This document shows positions 28,538 to 38,754 of a DNA stretch of 64,000 bases, piece after piece. The notes beneath the pieces are model-generated. The model was not told where the DNA came from, did no database searches, and saw only the letters and a program-made list of their open reading frames with translations. The stretch is from Polyangiales bacterium (GTDB lineage Bacteria; Myxococcota_A; Polyangia; Polyangiales; Polyangiaceae). How positions within the stretch are numbered: position 1 is the stretch's first letter; every line of letters starts with the position of its first letter. Made by a program: the position numbers and the translations under genes. The stretch spans positions 32,498-96,497 of the forward strand of contig JBBRNJ010000027.1 in assembly GCA_038230375.1 (NCBI GenBank). The letters are read 5' to 3'.

Positions 28538-29805
28538 GCGCGATCACCTCGTGCCGCTCGTGCGGCGACAAGCGGCTCTCCATGGTGCTCTCGCTCGGCA
28601 CCACGCCGCTCGCGAACTCACTGCCGCTCATCACGCCTGATGTGCCCGACGCGCCGCCAGGGCAGGGGGACGAGCCGGAGCCGCGCTACCCGCTGGAGCT
28701 CGTCTTCTGCGAGGGGTGCACGCTGCTGCAGATCACGGAGACCGTGCCGCCGGAGATCCTGTTCCGCGACTACCGCTACTTCTCCTCGTTCTCCGACACC
28801 ATGCTGCGTCACGCGAAGGACATCGCGGACCGCATGGCCACGGAGCTTTCGCTCGGAAAAACAAGCCTCGCGGCGGAGATCGCGAGCAACGACGGCTACC
28901 TGCTGAAGAACTACGTCGCGCGCGGCATCCCCGTGCTTGGCATCGAGCCGGCGCTCAACATCGCGAAGGTCGCGGAGGCGAACGGCGTTCACACGGTGGC
29001 CGACTTCTTCGGGCGCGATCTCGCCGCGAAGCTCGCGAAGGAGGGCAAGCGCGCGTACGTGCTGCACGCGAACAACGTGATGGCGCACGTGCCGGACATC
29101 AACGGCGTGGTCGCTGGCGTTGCCACGTTCCTTGCGGACGATGGCGTGCTCGTGACCGAGAGCCCGTACGCGAAGCAGATGCTCGACCACACCGAGTTCG
29201 ACACGATCTACCACGAGCACCTCTTCTACTATTCGCTCACCGCGCAGTCGGCGCTGTTCGAGCGGCACGGTCTCTACATCGCGGACGTCGAGGAGCTGCC
29301 GATCCACGGCGGTAGCATTCGCACGTTCGTGCGGCAGCAGTCCTTTCGAGAGAAGGCAGGCGGCTCGCCGAGCGCGCGCGTGAAAGAGCTGCTCGCACGC
29401 GAAGAGGCCTGGGGCGTGCGCACGCTCTCCTCGTACATGCCGTTCCGCGATCGCGTGGCCGGGCTGAAGAAGAGCCTCACGGAGCTCATCGCCAAGCTCA
29501 AGGCCGAAGGCAAGACGATCGCCGCGTACGGGGCGGCCGCGAAGGGCTCCACGCTCCTCAACACGTTCGGCATCGGGCGGGAGTCTCTGGATTTCGTGGT
29601 CGACCGCAGCGTGCACAAGCAAGGTCGCACCATGCCAGGCCTCAAGATCCCGATCTTGCCGGCGGAGGCTCTGCTCGAGAAGAAGCCGGACTACACGCTG
29701 CTCCTCACGTGGAACTTCGCAGACGAGATCCTCTCGCAGCAGAAGGCCTACCGCGACGCGGGCGGCAAGTTCATCGTGCCCATTCCCGAGGTCACCATCC
29801 GATGA
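28534..29805 (+). CDS. NDP-4-keto-hexose 3-C-methyltransferase
   Basis: Zn site CRSC...[38 protein letters not shown]. Confidence 0.9.
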   Translation: MSAITSCRSCGDKRLSMVLSLGTTPLANSLPLITPDVPDAPPGQGDEPEPRYPLELVFCEGCTLLQITETVPPEILFRDYRYFSSFSDTMLRHAKDIADRMATELSLGKTSLAAEIASNDGYLLKNYVARGIPVLGIEPALNIAKVAEANGVHTVADFFGRDLAAKLAKEGKRAYVLHANNVMAHVPDINGVVAGVATFLADDGVLVTESPYAKQMLDHTEFDTIYHEHLFYYSLTAQSALFERHGLYIADVEELPIHGGSIRTFVRQQSFREKAGGSPSARVKELLAREEAWGVRTLSSYMPFRDRVAGLKKSLTELIAKLKAEGKTIAAYGAAAKGSTLLNTFGIGRESLDFVVDRSVHKQGRTMPGLKIPILPAEALLEKKPDYTLLLTWNFADEILSQQKAYRDAGGKFIVPIPEVTIR

Positions 29806-30323
29806 GCAACGCGCCGAACCCACCCCGCGTCAAGGTCACGCTTCCAGATGGCGCGCGCATACTGAAGGGGGAGCGCGCCATCGACGGCGTGAAGGTCATC
29901 CCGCTGCGCCGCATACCGGATGAGCGCGGGACCATCTTCCACATGCTCAGGAAGAGCGACCCGCACTTCATGCAGTTCGGCGAGATCTACTTCTCATCCG
30001 TTGTGGAGGACGCCGTGAAGGGCTGGCATCGCCACCGCGACATGACCTTGCACTATGCATGCATATCGGGACGTGTGAAGTGCGTGGTCTATGACGACCG
30101 CGCGGGCTCGTCGACGCGTGGCGGTGTCATGGAGATCTTCCTGGGTCCGGACAGCTATCACCTCCTGGTGGTCCCACCGGAGACATGGAACGGCTTCAAG
30201 GGACTCGCAGCGGAGTCCATCGTGGCAAACGCGTGCACGCACGACCACGACCCCACCCGCAGCGATCGCCTGGATCCCCACAAGAACGACATTCCGTACG
30301 ACTGGGCGCGGAAGGATCACTGA
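29802..30323 (+). CDS. RmlC-like NDP-4-keto-6-deoxyhexose 3,5-epimerase
   Basis: DERG, VKGWHRH, YDDRAGSST cupin motifs. Confidence 0.85.
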   Translation: MSNAPNPPRVKVTLPDGARILKGERAIDGVKVIPLRRIPDERGTIFHMLRKSDPHFMQFGEIYFSSVVEDAVKGWHRHRDMTLHYACISGRVKCVVYDDRAGSSTRGGVMEIFLGPDSYHLLVVPPETWNGFKGLAAESIVANACTHDHDPTRSDRLDPHKNDIPYDWARKDH

Positions 30324-30325
30324 CT

Positions 30326-31246
30326 GTGGGCACGCGCGTTCTCGTCACCGGAGGCGCCGGATTTTTCGGTTCGCGTGTGGCACTGCATTTCGCGGGCGAC
30401 GACGTCCACCTCTGCGATCGTCCAGACGCGTCCTGGGCACGAGCCGACGTACTGGGTGTCACGGCGGAGCGCCACGCAGTGGATCTCACGGACGCAGCCG
30501 CCACCCGTAAAATGGTCCTCGACGTGAAGCCGGACGTGGTCGTGCACCTGGCCTGGTACGCGGTGCCCGGCAAGTACCTAACGTCGGTGGATAACTTGGG
30601 GCACGTGAGCGCGGCGACATCGCTGTTCCTGGCGGCAAAAGATGCAGGATGCATGCGATTCTGCGGAGCCGGTACGTGCTTCGAGTACGATACGCGCCTC
30701 GGCATCCTTCGCGAGGACTCGGCGACAAGGCCCGAGTGGCTCTATTCAGCGTGCAAGCTGGCCACCTACACCATACTCGAGCGCGCTGCCGCCGAGCTCG
30801 GCGTGTCGTTCGCGTGGATGCGCTTCTTCTTCCCCTACGGTCCGATGGAAGCGCCGGGACGCCTCTTCTCGGGCAGCATCGCGGAGCTGTTGGCTGGGCG
30901 TCCTGCCAGGACGACAGAGGGCGAGCAGATCCGCGACTTCATGCATGTGGATGACATCGCGCGCGCGGTGTCGGTGATCGCCCGGTCGCAGGCGACGGGC
31001 ATCATCAATGTCGCGACCGGCGTGCCCGTCAGCGTGAAGGCCGCAGTGAATGAGATCGCGAGTGCCGTGGGCCGGCCCGACCTCGTGGAGCTCGGGGCCA
31101 TCCCGTACCGCGTCGGTGATCCGATGCATGTGCAGGCAGACGTGACGCGGCTGCGCTCGCTGGGCTTCACGCCACGGTACGATCTAAGGTCCGGCGTGCA
31201 CGATGCCGTGGAATTCGCTAGAGGAAGCAGGGAGAAGTCAGCATGA
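30326..31246 (+). CDS. NAD-dependent epimerase / NDP-4-keto sugar reductase
   Basis: VTGGAGFFG, HLAW, GTCFEY, YSACK, RDFMHVDD. Confidence 0.85.
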   Translation: MGTRVLVTGGAGFFGSRVALHFAGDDVHLCDRPDASWARADVLGVTAERHAVDLTDAAATRKMVLDVKPDVVVHLAWYAVPGKYLTSVDNLGHVSAATSLFLAAKDAGCMRFCGAGTCFEYDTRLGILREDSATRPEWLYSACKLATYTILERAAAELGVSFAWMRFFFPYGPMEAPGRLFSGSIAELLAGRPARTTEGEQIRDFMHVDDIARAVSVIARSQATGIINVATGVPVSVKAAVNEIASAVGRPDLVELGAIPYRVGDPMHVQADVTRLRSLGFTPRYDLRSGVHDAVEFARGSREKSA

Positions 31247-32241
31247 GCTCCGCCGCGAAGATCACCCTCTGCGTCCCCACCATCGGCCGTATGGAATACT
31301 TGCCACAGACGCGCGCGTCCATCGAAGCGCAGACGATGAAGGACGGCGTGGACATCGTCATCCTCTGCAATGGCAGCTCGGAGGAGGCACGCGCCTACGT
31401 GGATGCCTGGGCGGCGAGTTCCCGAAACATACGCCTCGTGCGCTCGAATCCGCGCGTACCGATGTTCGACAACTTCAACCTTGGCATCCAGACGGCCAAC
31501 ACGAAGTACGTCACGTTCTTCCACGACGACGACCGGTACGCGCCGAACTACCTCGAGCGAACCGTGGCGTTTCTCGAGCACCATCCATCCGCGGTGCTGG
31601 TGGGCAGCAACTACGACTTCATCGACGAGAGTGGCAGCATCACGGAGAATCGGCGGTGGATCGCGGCTGATGCCGTGCTGTCCCGCCGCGAGTACCTCAC
31701 CCAACTCATCTCGCGCGCGCGCAACATCATCCCCATGCCCGGGCTGGTCTTCCGGCGAAGCTTGCTGGGCGCCGGCTTCGACACGAAGCTGCCCATCTAC
31801 TGGGGGGACTTCGTCCTGCTCGCGCAATACGCGGAGCAAGGCGACATTGGCGTGATCGCTGAGCCCATCGTCCAGATAAGGCGGCACGGAGCGCAGGCGA
31901 GCAACGCCGTGCCCATGAGCCGCGCGATCCCCATGCGCACCAAGATCCTCATGGAATATCTCGCTGAGTACAACAGTCGCTTCCACGAGGACGCCGAGCT
32001 TGTGCGACAGCTCTGCCGACGGGTGGAGCGCCACCACCGCGTCCACCTCTTGTGGGGCTGGGCGAATGCGCCTTCACGAGAGGAGTCGGAGGCATGCCTC
32101 GACGCGATGGGGAAAGGACCGCTGGAGCGCCTCTCCGCGCGTGTCCTCCGGACTGCTGGGGAGCTTGGGCTGCGGCCTTATCGCGCCACCGCCAAGGGGC
32201 TTTCCACGGCGCGGATCATAGCGGACCGGCTTCACCTCTGA
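31243..32241 (+). CDS. Glycosyltransferase family 2
   Basis: ITLCVPT, NGS, NFN, FFHDDD. Confidence 0.85.
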   Translation: MSSAAKITLCVPTIGRMEYLPQTRASIEAQTMKDGVDIVILCNGSSEEARAYVDAWAASSRNIRLVRSNPRVPMFDNFNLGIQTANTKYVTFFHDDDRYAPNYLERTVAFLEHHPSAVLVGSNYDFIDESGSITENRRWIAADAVLSRREYLTQLISRARNIIPMPGLVFRRSLLGAGFDTKLPIYWGDFVLLAQYAEQGDIGVIAEPIVQIRRHGAQASNAVPMSRAIPMRTKILMEYLAEYNSRFHEDAELVRQLCRRVERHHRVHLLWGWANAPSREESEACLDAMGKGPLERLSARVLRTAGELGLRPYRATAKGLSTARIIADRLHL

Positions 32242-32282
32242 GATGACCGTTGCGCAGACCGCAGGAAAGTCATGAGACGACG

Positions 32283-33122
32283 ATGAGCACCACCAATCGA
32301 GACGAGAAGACCGTTCGCGGCTTCGGAGATGAGTGGTCGCGCTTCGATCAGTCCGAGTTGACGGAGAAGGAACTCAGGGACTTCTGGGACTACTACTTCG
32401 CTCCCTTCCCCTGGGACCGTCTACCGAAGGACGCGCGCGGCATCGACGTCGGCTGCGGCAGCGGTCGATGGGCTCGCTTCGTGGCGCCGCGCGTCGGCTC
32501 CCTCATCTGCCTCGATGCCAGCGATCAGGCCCTCGCGGTCGCTCGCAGGAAGCTCGCAGGCGTTTCCAACGTCGAGTTCGTCCACGCGAGCGTGGATTCG
32601 ATCCCGGTCCCTGATGGGTCGCTCGATTTCGGCTACAGCCTCGGCGTCTTGCACCACGTGCCCGACACCCAGGCCGGCATCACGTCGAGCGTGGCGAAGC
32701 TGAAGCCTGGGGCGCCGTTCCTCATTTACTTGTACTATGCATTCGACAATCGGCCCGCGTGGTTCCGCGGCGTTTGGCGTGCTTCCGAGGTCATTCGCGG
32801 CGTCGTCTCTCGTCTCCCCCTCCAGGCGCGCTACGTCGCGAGCCAGGTCATCGCGGGCACGGTCTATTACCCCCTTGCGAGGGCGTCGCTCGTCGCCGAG
32901 CGGCTCGGCTTCGACGTGGAGCGCGTACCACTCTCCGCCTACCGTGGCCGACGCTTCTATGCGATGCGCACCGACGCGCTCGACCGATTCGGAACGTCGC
33001 TCGAGCAACGATTCACAAGAAACCAGATCCACTCGATGATGGAGACTGCGGGCCTTGAGAACGTCGTCTTCAGCGAAGGCCTGCCGTACTGGACAGCTGT
33101 CGGCACCAAGAAGGCGGGCTGA
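32283..33122 (+). CDS. Class I SAM-dependent methyltransferase
   Basis: GFGDEWSRF, DVGCGSGRW, GVLHH, LKPGAP. Confidence 0.9.
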   Translation: MSTTNRDEKTVRGFGDEWSRFDQSELTEKELRDFWDYYFAPFPWDRLPKDARGIDVGCGSGRWARFVAPRVGSLICLDASDQALAVARRKLAGVSNVEFVHASVDSIPVPDGSLDFGYSLGVLHHVPDTQAGITSSVAKLKPGAPFLIYLYYAFDNRPAWFRGVWRASEVIRGVVSRLPLQARYVASQVIAGTVYYPLARASLVAERLGFDVERVPLSAYRGRRFYAMRTDALDRFGTSLEQRFTRNQIHSMMETAGLENVVFSEGLPYWTAVGTKKAG

Positions 33123-33150
33123 CGCTGCGCTTGCTCCCGGAGCTTCGCCT

Positions 33151-34104
33151 CTACTGCGCTGCGTCGCCCTGAACGGTCTCCGCGATGTCCGCCATGGAGC
33201 GGAAGCGAATCTCCGGGTTCGCGGCGCCGATCGCGTCCAGTATCTCCTCGAGGCGCCCCACGGAGCGCGCGGGCGCGGCACCCAGATTGTGCGGGTGGAA
33301 CCAGAGGTGCAGCACGTCGCCAGCGCGAAGGTCACGCGCCTCCTGCGCAATGCGACGGCGGTGCGCGGCGAAGGCAACGTTCGGCAGCGAGAAGCGGACG
33401 AAGTGGCTGGACGGCTGGGCGGCGGTGCATTGCGCGGACGCACGGCGCGCACCGAGCGGAAGCAGGGAGTCCAGTAGACGCAGGACGCGGACGAACGCCG
33501 CGTCTTGCAGGGCCGTCTGTGGCAGGGCCCAGAACCAGGTATCCGGGTTCTCGCGCCATGCTCGAATACCGTGCTCCTTCAGCACGTCCGTGAACCCGAC
33601 CTGGTTCCGCGGGAAGACAAAGGTGTGGGGCGGACGACCGAATCGCTCCTTGAACAGTGTGGCGACCGCGCTCGCGTCAGCGGACACGTCGCGACGCATG
33701 ACGCCCACCTCCCACATGTAGAGGTGATTGAACGTGTGCGATCCCAGATCCTGCGCAGGAGAACGGGCGATGAGCTCGACGAGGTCGGGTGCGAAGTAGA
33801 GCGTGCCGCTGGGGTCGGCCGCGCGTGCGATCTCAGGTCGGACGACCATTCCCTGTCGCATGTAGCGTGGCGGGGGCGGGGCCCGCGCAATGTATTCGTC
33901 CCAGTCCGTGCACGCGAGCGCGCCCACCGTGGCCCAGGTCGCGTGTACAGAGCGACGCGCGAACAGCTCGAGCAATCGCGGTATGACCTCACGAACCCCG
34001 ATGAGGTGGTTGCGATACAAGCCGCCGTCAGGGGGGTGGATGTCAGCGAGGCCCCACAGGAGCTCGAAGTCGATCGAGATGACTACCGAGCCCCCCTTCC
34101 TCAC
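33151..34104 (-). CDS. Polysaccharide deacetylase family protein
   Basis: ISIDFELLWG, ATWATVG, GSHTFNH, VFPRNQ, HLWFHPHN; GTGA overlap with the upstream gene. Confidence 0.85.
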   Translation of the reverse strand: MRKGGSVVISIDFELLWGLADIHPPDGGLYRNHLIGVREVIPRLLELFARRSVHATWATVGALACTDWDEYIARAPPPPRYMRQGMVVRPEIARAADPSGTLYFAPDLVELIARSPAQDLGSHTFNHLYMWEVGVMRRDVSADASAVATLFKERFGRPPHTFVFPRNQVGFTDVLKEHGIRAWRENPDTWFWALPQTALQDAAFVRVLRLLDSLLPLGARRASAQCTAAQPSSHFVRFSLPNVAFAAHRRRIAQEARDLRAGDVLHLWFHPHNLGAAPARSVGRLEEILDAIGAANPEIRFRSMADIAETVQGDAAQ

Positions 34105-34898
34105 GCACGAACCCCGATTCCGACAAGATGCCCGGTGAACGGCTTGGCGATCGCGAGGGAGCACACGGCGTCGTCATAGCGGTCCATCGTTTGCGCCACG
34201 GCGCGTCCGAGGCGGTTGTGGAGCTTGTACGGGATGCGCAGCGGTCCCCACAGGCAGCCGCGGGTAACAACATCCGACGCGCCAGCGCGCCGAAGCTCCT
34301 CCTCGACTTCACCGGGCGTGAAAAATTCGCAGTGCGGGTTTGTCTCGTCAAACGCGCGGCCTTTCAGGCGTTGACGAAGGCTCTGGTGCAGGTAGAAGCC
34401 GTCCAGTGCGAAGCGATTCACCATGGTGATGAAGACCCGCCCGCCGGGGCGGAGCACGCGCATGAACTCGCGAAGGGCGAGACGAGTATCTGCAAGATGC
34501 AGGTATCGGAGCACTTCGATTGCGATCACCATGTCAAACGACGCGTCCGGGAACGGCAGGCTTGTGGCTATCCCGTCCGAGATGTCGAGCGTCGGATCAA
34601 GGCGCGCCGCGGCCTCACGCATCCCAGCCGCCGGCTCCACGCCCTTGGCCTCGAAGCCCAGGTCGCGGAGGCGGACCAGGTAGTTTCCCGTGCCGCAGCC
34701 GACGTCAAGGATGCGGGCGGCTGGACGGAGCTTCTTGAGCTCCTCGTCCAGCATGCGATCGACCTTCTCGCGTCCATACGTGAACGCGTTGCGAAAGCGG
34801 TCGGCATCGAGGTCCTTGTAGAACTCCTCGAACACGGGCGCGATTGCGCTGTGGTGGCCGATCGCGGCGTCGCGAACGACCTCCACATTGGACTTCAT
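34101..34898 (-). CDS. Class I SAM-dependent methyltransferase
   Basis: ILDVGCGTG, LPFPDASFD, RVLRPGG. Confidence 0.9.
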   Translation of the reverse strand: MKSNVEVVRDAAIGHHSAIAPVFEEFYKDLDADRFRNAFTYGREKVDRMLDEELKKLRPAARILDVGCGTGNYLVRLRDLGFEAKGVEPAAGMREAAARLDPTLDISDGIATSLPFPDASFDMVIAIEVLRYLHLADTRLALREFMRVLRPGGRVFITMVNRFALDGFYLHQSLRQRLKGRAFDETNPHCEFFTPGEVEEELRRAGASDVVTRGCLWGPLRIPYKLHNRLGRAVAQTMDRYDDAVCSLAIAKPFTGHLVGIGVRA

Positions 34899-34944
34899 GG
34901 TGTGAATCTCCTTGCTCACTCTTTCGCTCCTAAAGGCATGCCTC

Positions 34945-36504
34945 TCAACCGTCAATCGCCCCACCACGGAGGAGGCGCTCGCAGAACACCCATGGATGGC
35001 CGTTCACCGTGCGGTCCGCGAACCCGTAGTAGCCCGCCCCCGCAAACGCGGCGCGGCTCTTCAGGTTCTCGGGTTTGAGCCGCGCAAGCAGCATCGCGGC
35101 ACCGCGCTCCCTGGCTGCCATGCCGACGGCAACCAGTAGCGACGTCGCGAGCCCTTTGCCCCGCGCCTCGGGCGCGATGGTAAGCGAGACCTCCCACACC
35201 TCGGACGAAATGCCGCGCACGACGTCGCGGTCGAGCCGTGCGGTGCCCACGGGCCTGCCGTCGTGCTCGGCGATGAAGAGCGCGCGGTCCTTGGAGTCGA
35301 GCGAACGAGCGAGCCACGCGTCGTGGTCGGCCCGCGCTACGGGCTCCGAGCTGATCGAGGCCTTGCGGGTGGCCTCGTCATTGCGCCACATGATGAGCCG
35401 GTCGCCGTCGGACGTGACGGCGGGCCGCAACGTGACCCTCGCGCGTTCCCTTGGTGGACCGACCATGTCCCAGGTCAGCGGCTGGCCCAACTCGAGGTCA
35501 CGGGTGGCAACGCAGCCGAGCACGCGCGGCAAGTGCTCGGGCGAAAGCCCATACGACGGCCTCACGCTCCGCACTACGTCGGCCGTGAGCACGGAGCCCT
35601 TCGTGACTGACCGCGCCACGAACAGGGAGCGGCGGAACGCAGCCGACGCCTTTTCATCCGACGACACACCGAAGCGCGGGGCGCCCATCGCACGCTCCGT
35701 GTCCCGAACGGCCTGGATCAAGCTGCGGAGCTCGTCGGGCTCGAGCGAAAAGAATGCGTCCGGGCCACCCAGGGACCGGTCCAGGATGAAGTGCTTCTCG
35801 ATCAGCTTGGCACCGAGCGTCACGCTGGCGATCGCGACCGTGTTGTCGCGCGTGTGGTCGGAGAGACCGACCACTGTGCCGAACGATTTCAGCGCGCCGA
35901 AGCTCTGGAGGTTCATCGCCTCTGCCTTGGCGGGATAGGAGGACACGCATCGGAGCAGCGCCAGGTCTTCGTTGCCCACCGAGCGGCAGGTGGCCACGGC
36001 CGCCTCGATCTCGCCCAGCGATGCCATGCCGGTCGACAGGATGACGGGCCTGCGCCGCCGCGCGACGTTCGCCACGAGCGGCAGGTCGACAATCTCGAAG
36101 CTTGCGATCTTGTGCGCCGGCACGTCGAGCGACTCAAGGAACTCGACGGCCGTCGGGTCGAACGGCGTGGAGAAGAGCGGTAGCCCCAGACTCTCTGCGC
36201 AGGCTTTCAGTTCGGCGTGCCACTCCCAGGGCGTCATCGCCTCGGCGTAGAGATCGTGCAGTGTGCGCCCGTTCCACTCGTTCTTCGTCTTCACGATGAA
36301 ATGCGGTGAGTCGCTCTTGAGGGTGAGCGTGTCCGGCGTGTAGGTCTGGAGCTTGATGGCGTTGGCCCCCTCCTTGGCCGCTCGCTCGATCGTCTTGAGC
36401 GCTACGTCCCGGTTGCCAGCGTGGTTGGCCGAGAGCTCGGCGATGATGAAGACGGGGTGGTCCTCGCCGACTGGGATGCCACCAATTTTGAAGGACGCTG
36501 CCAT
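34945..36504 (-). CDS. pseI: Pseudaminic acid synthase fused to PseH-like GNAT acetyltransferase (copy 2)
   Basis: Same motif set as copy 1; GNAT part WRND...ARGKGLA...ENLKSRAAF. Confidence 0.9.
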   Translation of the reverse strand: MAASFKIGGIPVGEDHPVFIIAELSANHAGNRDVALKTIERAAKEGANAIKLQTYTPDTLTLKSDSPHFIVKTKNEWNGRTLHDLYAEAMTPWEWHAELKACAESLGLPLFSTPFDPTAVEFLESLDVPAHKIASFEIVDLPLVANVARRRRPVILSTGMASLGEIEAAVATCRSVGNEDLALLRCVSSYPAKAEAMNLQSFGALKSFGTVVGLSDHTRDNTVAIASVTLGAKLIEKHFILDRSLGGPDAFFSLEPDELRSLIQAVRDTERAMGAPRFGVSSDEKASAAFRRSLFVARSVTKGSVLTADVVRSVRPSYGLSPEHLPRVLGCVATRDLELGQPLTWDMVGPPRERARVTLRPAVTSDGDRLIMWRNDEATRKASISSEPVARADHDAWLARSLDSKDRALFIAEHDGRPVGTARLDRDVVRGISSEVWEVSLTIAPEARGKGLATSLLVAVGMAARERGAAMLLARLKPENLKSRAAFAGAGYYGFADRTVNGHPWVFCERLLRGGAIDG

Positions 36505-36520
36505 GGGAACTGGTATGCGA

Positions 36521-37735
36521 TCAGCGCGGTGCCGCCATCGCCTCGAGCACGCTCGAAACGACGCGATCCGCATCCCCGTTCGTCATGGCGGGGAACATGG
36601 GGAGCGAGAGGCAGCTCGCGTAGTACGCGGCCGCGCCGGGCAGTGACTCGGTTCCCATACCGTTGCGCTGGTAATCCGGTTGGGTGTGCACCGGGATGTA
36701 GTGCACCTGCGGGAAGATCTTGCGCGCCACGAGCCCTTCGTAGAGGGCACGCCGTCGCTCCGCCACCTGTGCCGTGGGCTCGCCTGGCTTCGCGGTCACG
36801 CGCACCACGTAGAGATGGCGCGCGGAGTTTACTCCGGCAGGCACCCCAAGCGGTGTCACTACCTCCTGGTGACCTGCGAAGGCCGCGTCGTAGCGCGCGG
36901 CGATCTCCTGCCGCCGCGTGACGAAGCGCGCGAGCTTGCCGAGCTGGCTCGAGCCGAGTGCGCACTGCATGTCGGTGATGCGGTAGTTGAAGCCCAGCGT
37001 GTGCTGCTCGTAGTAGAAAGGCCCGTCGCTGCGGGTCAGGCGAGCGGCGTCCTTCGTGATTCCGTGCGTTCGGAGATCGCAGAGCTCGCGGTAGAGCGCA
37101 TCGTCATTCGTGGTGATGGCACCGCCCTCGCCCGTGGTGATGTGTTTCACGGGGTGGAAGCTGAGGATCGCCATGTCCGAGTGCGTGCAACAGGCCGCGC
37201 GATGGGTCTTGCCGTCGGCCGTGTACGAACCACCGAGCGAATGCGCGGCGTCTTCGATCACCATGGCCCCCACCGTCTTGGCCGCCTTCTGGATAGCGGG
37301 CAGGTCGGCGACGGCGCCGGTGAGGTCGACGGGTGTGATGACCCTGGGAGCCTTGCCATCGCGCTTGCACTCGACGAGGCGCTCCTCGAGCGAAGCGACG
37401 CTCATGAGACCAGTGTTCGGGTCGATATCGGTGAAACGAACGTGGCCACCCGCGTAGCGAATGGAGTTGGCCGAGGCAACGAACGTGACGGTCGAGGTGA
37501 TGCCGGTGTCACCAGGGCGTACGCCCGCGGCGAGGCATGCCAGGTGAAGCGCAGCGGTGCCGTTGGCGACGGCGACTGCATACTTCGCCCCCGTAGCCCC
37601 GCAGAGCCCTTCTTCGAAGCGACGGACCTCTGGGCCCTGCGTGAGGAAGTCAGCGCGAAGTACCCGTACAACCGCGGCGATGTCATCCTCGTCGATCGAC
37701 TGACGCCCGTAGGGGAGCGGACGGAGCTCGCTCAC
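36521..37735 (-). CDS. pseC: PseC-like sugar aminotransferase (copy 2)
   Basis: LPYGRQSI, FLTQGP, SFHPVKHITTGEGG, LGFNYRITD, QVHYIPVH. Confidence 0.9.
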   Translation of the reverse strand: MSELRPLPYGRQSIDEDDIAAVVRVLRADFLTQGPEVRRFEEGLCGATGAKYAVAVANGTAALHLACLAAGVRPGDTGITSTVTFVASANSIRYAGGHVRFTDIDPNTGLMSVASLEERLVECKRDGKAPRVITPVDLTGAVADLPAIQKAAKTVGAMVIEDAAHSLGGSYTADGKTHRAACCTHSDMAILSFHPVKHITTGEGGAITTNDDALYRELCDLRTHGITKDAARLTRSDGPFYYEQHTLGFNYRITDMQCALGSSQLGKLARFVTRRQEIAARYDAAFAGHQEVVTPLGVPAGVNSARHLYVVRVTAKPGEPTAQVAERRRALYEGLVARKIFPQVHYIPVHTQPDYQRNGMGTESLPGAAAYYASCLSLPMFPAMTNGDADRVVSSVLEAMAAPR

Positions 37736-38754
37736 CACGCCCACCGGTTGTCCGCGAGCCATGTCCGCGTGCGCCGCAGTCCTTCCTCGAGTTTCACCTT
37801 CGCCTCCCAACCGAGCAGGCGCTTGGCCTTCGTCGAGTCGCACAAGAGCTTCATGATCTCCGCCTGCGGATGGTCGTGCGCGACGTGCTCGACCTTGTTC
37901 TTGCCGCTGACGCACATCTTCGCGAGGTCGACGATGCGGACGTCGCTACCGGTGCCCGCATTGATGATCTCGCCCTCGGCAGCGGTGCTCTCGGCGGCGC
38001 GAAGGATGAAGTCGACGCAGTCCTCCACGTACAAGAGGTCCCGCGTCTGCTCGCCGGACCCCTTGATATGAAGGGGCTCGCCGGCGAGGTCGCGTTTGAG
38101 GAAGATGGAGACGACGCCGCCCTCGGAGTTGGACTTCTGGTACGGGCCGAACGTGTTGAACGGCCGAACGACCGTGACCGGCATGCGGTAGGACTTCGCG
38201 TAGGAGATGGCGAGCATGTCCGCGCCGATCTTTGCGGCCGCGTACGGTGACGCGGGCCGATATGGGTGGCTCTCCGAAATCGCTCCACCCCCGGCGAGAT
38301 CGTAGACCATGCAGGTAGACATCACGGTCACGCGTGGCGAGCGAACCTTGAGCAGAGGCACGTCACGCTCGTAGTCGAAGTGTCGTGAACTCACGTCCAA
38401 CCCATTGGCCTGGAAGTACTGTCGGCGGCAGGCCTCGAGCACGCGGAAAGTTCCGTCGGCGTCGTTGCGAAACGTGGGTTCGGGGTCGTCGATGGACTTC
38501 TGGACGTGGATGGAAGCGCCGACGTGAAAGACATGGTCCCACGGCTTCTGGAACACGCCGTCGATACAAGCACCGTCCTTGATGTCACCGACTTCGAGGC
38601 CCAGGTAGCCGGGCTTCGCGGACAGGTCCGTGAGGTTATCGCGGCGCCCGTTCGAGAGGTCGTCGAGCACGAGCACCTCCTTCCCGGCGTCAAGCAGCTT
38701 TGCCGTGAGCCAGCGACCGATGAATCCGGCGCCGCCCGTGACGAGGCAACGCAT
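37732..38754 (-). CDS. NAD-dependent sugar epimerase/dehydratase
   Basis: VTGGAGFIG, STCMVY, PYAAAK, RPFNTFGP, QTRDLLYV. Confidence 0.88.
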   Translation of the reverse strand: MRCLVTGGAGFIGRWLTAKLLDAGKEVLVLDDLSNGRRDNLTDLSAKPGYLGLEVGDIKDGACIDGVFQKPWDHVFHVGASIHVQKSIDDPEPTFRNDADGTFRVLEACRRQYFQANGLDVSSRHFDYERDVPLLKVRSPRVTVMSTCMVYDLAGGGAISESHPYRPASPYAAAKIGADMLAISYAKSYRMPVTVVRPFNTFGPYQKSNSEGGVVSIFLKRDLAGEPLHIKGSGEQTRDLLYVEDCVDFILRAAESTAAEGEIINAGTGSDVRIVDLAKMCVSGKNKVEHVAHDHPQAEIMKLLCDSTKAKRLLGWEAKVKLEEGLRRTRTWLADNRWAW

